A stretch of 64,000 bases of DNA from Octopus sinensis (Eukaryota), in assembly GCF_006345805.1 (NCBI RefSeq), contig NC_043008.1, positions 68,138,001-68,202,000 of the forward strand, in the 5' to 3' direction. The position numbers and the translations under genes were made by a program. Position 1 is the stretch's first letter, and each line of letters opens with the position of its first letter. The notes beneath the pieces were generated by a model. The model saw only the letters and a program-made list of their open reading frames with translations. It searched no databases and was not told where the DNA came from. Of this stretch, positions 63,128-64,000 are shown one piece after another.

Positions 63128-63594
63128 CTGCAGAAAGAAAATATGTGCTTCATAGTATAGGTCAAACATTGTCAATTGGTCAGCATGAAAGCCATGAAAC
63201 TTAACATTGTAAAAACTCTGTCTTTGCAATGAGACATGACATTACAACAGGCACAGGTCTAAGTAGGAGCCTTTGACAACTCAAGTGTTTATTTTAGAAA
63301 GAACTACGTTACAATATTTAAAAAAAAAAGAAAAAACTTTGGAGATTACCAAGGAATTTCAAATTCTTGCTATTCAAAAGCAAACACTTCCCCCCTATCA
63401 CACTTCACTCCATACACACTCCCTCCACTCAGAGTAACAGCAACAATGAAAACCTTGGAACTCAATAAAGTTCCAGTGTATTGTGGAAAAGGACTGACAA
63501 TTCAACTGCTCTTATTATCAAAAGATAAGGACTTCTGATAGTTATCATCATCAGGTAAATAAGATAATGTGTGAGTGGGGGAGATAGATCATCA

Positions 63595-64000
63595 TTTAAC
63601 ATCCGTTTTCCATGATGGCATATATTGGACAATTTGACTTAAAACTAGTAAGCTGGGGAGCTACACCAGGTTCCAATCTGATATGGCATGGTTTCTACAG
63701 CTGGATGCCCTTCCTAACGCCAACCACTCCAAGAGTGTAGAGGGTGCCTTTCATGTGCCAGTTACAAAACACTGCCATGACTGCGACCTCACTTGGCTTG
63801 ACAGGTCTTCTCAAGCACAGTATATGTTGCCAAAGGTCTCGGTCACTTGCCACTGCCTTTGTGAGCCCCAAAGTTTGAAGGGTGCTTTTCATGTGCTGGT
63901 TACATGACAGTGACATTGGCCACAACTACGACTTCACTTAGTTTGACAGATATTCTCAAGTACAGCATATCCCCTAACATTCAAAGGGTGCTTATCACAT
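63595..64000 (-). mobile_element. Diverged family III retroposon with internal ~150-bp repeats, runs off the window
   Basis: catttaacatccgttttccatg...ggatgcccttcctaacgccaacc head, then repeated agggtgc(c/t)tttcatgtgc blocks. Confidence 0.6.

Overview
AT-rich eukaryotic genomic DNA dense in microsatellites and transposons. The SINE and MITE families resemble those I recall from octopus or other coleoid cephalopods (inference; no database search was possible). Two host genes in convergent orientation can be assembled from splice signals. (1) On the + strand, a MYORG/KIAA1161-type GH31 type II membrane protein with exons 15508-15895 and 34146-36080; its first coding exon was not located. It appears to lack both catalytic aspartates and has a long cytosolic tail with several sorting motifs. 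(2) On the - strand, a complete 148-aa protein with a basic Arg/Ser head and an acidic tail, encoded by exons 63052-63055, 56867-56979 and 53461-53790 and preceded by an in-frame uORF. The rest is decayed or non-autonomous mobile DNA: two mariners, Penelope-like, CRE, R4, CR1-like and Tx1-like retroelements, Helitron pieces, hAT-like and piggyBac-like MITEs, several SINE families, foldback palindromes and hammerhead-ribozyme-like motifs. No prokaryotic features, CRISPR arrays or true tRNA/rRNA genes were found. Most short ORFs in the track are microsatellite or repeat artefacts. Repeat boundaries are approximate unless a target-site duplication (TSD) or terminal inverted repeat (TIR) is quoted.
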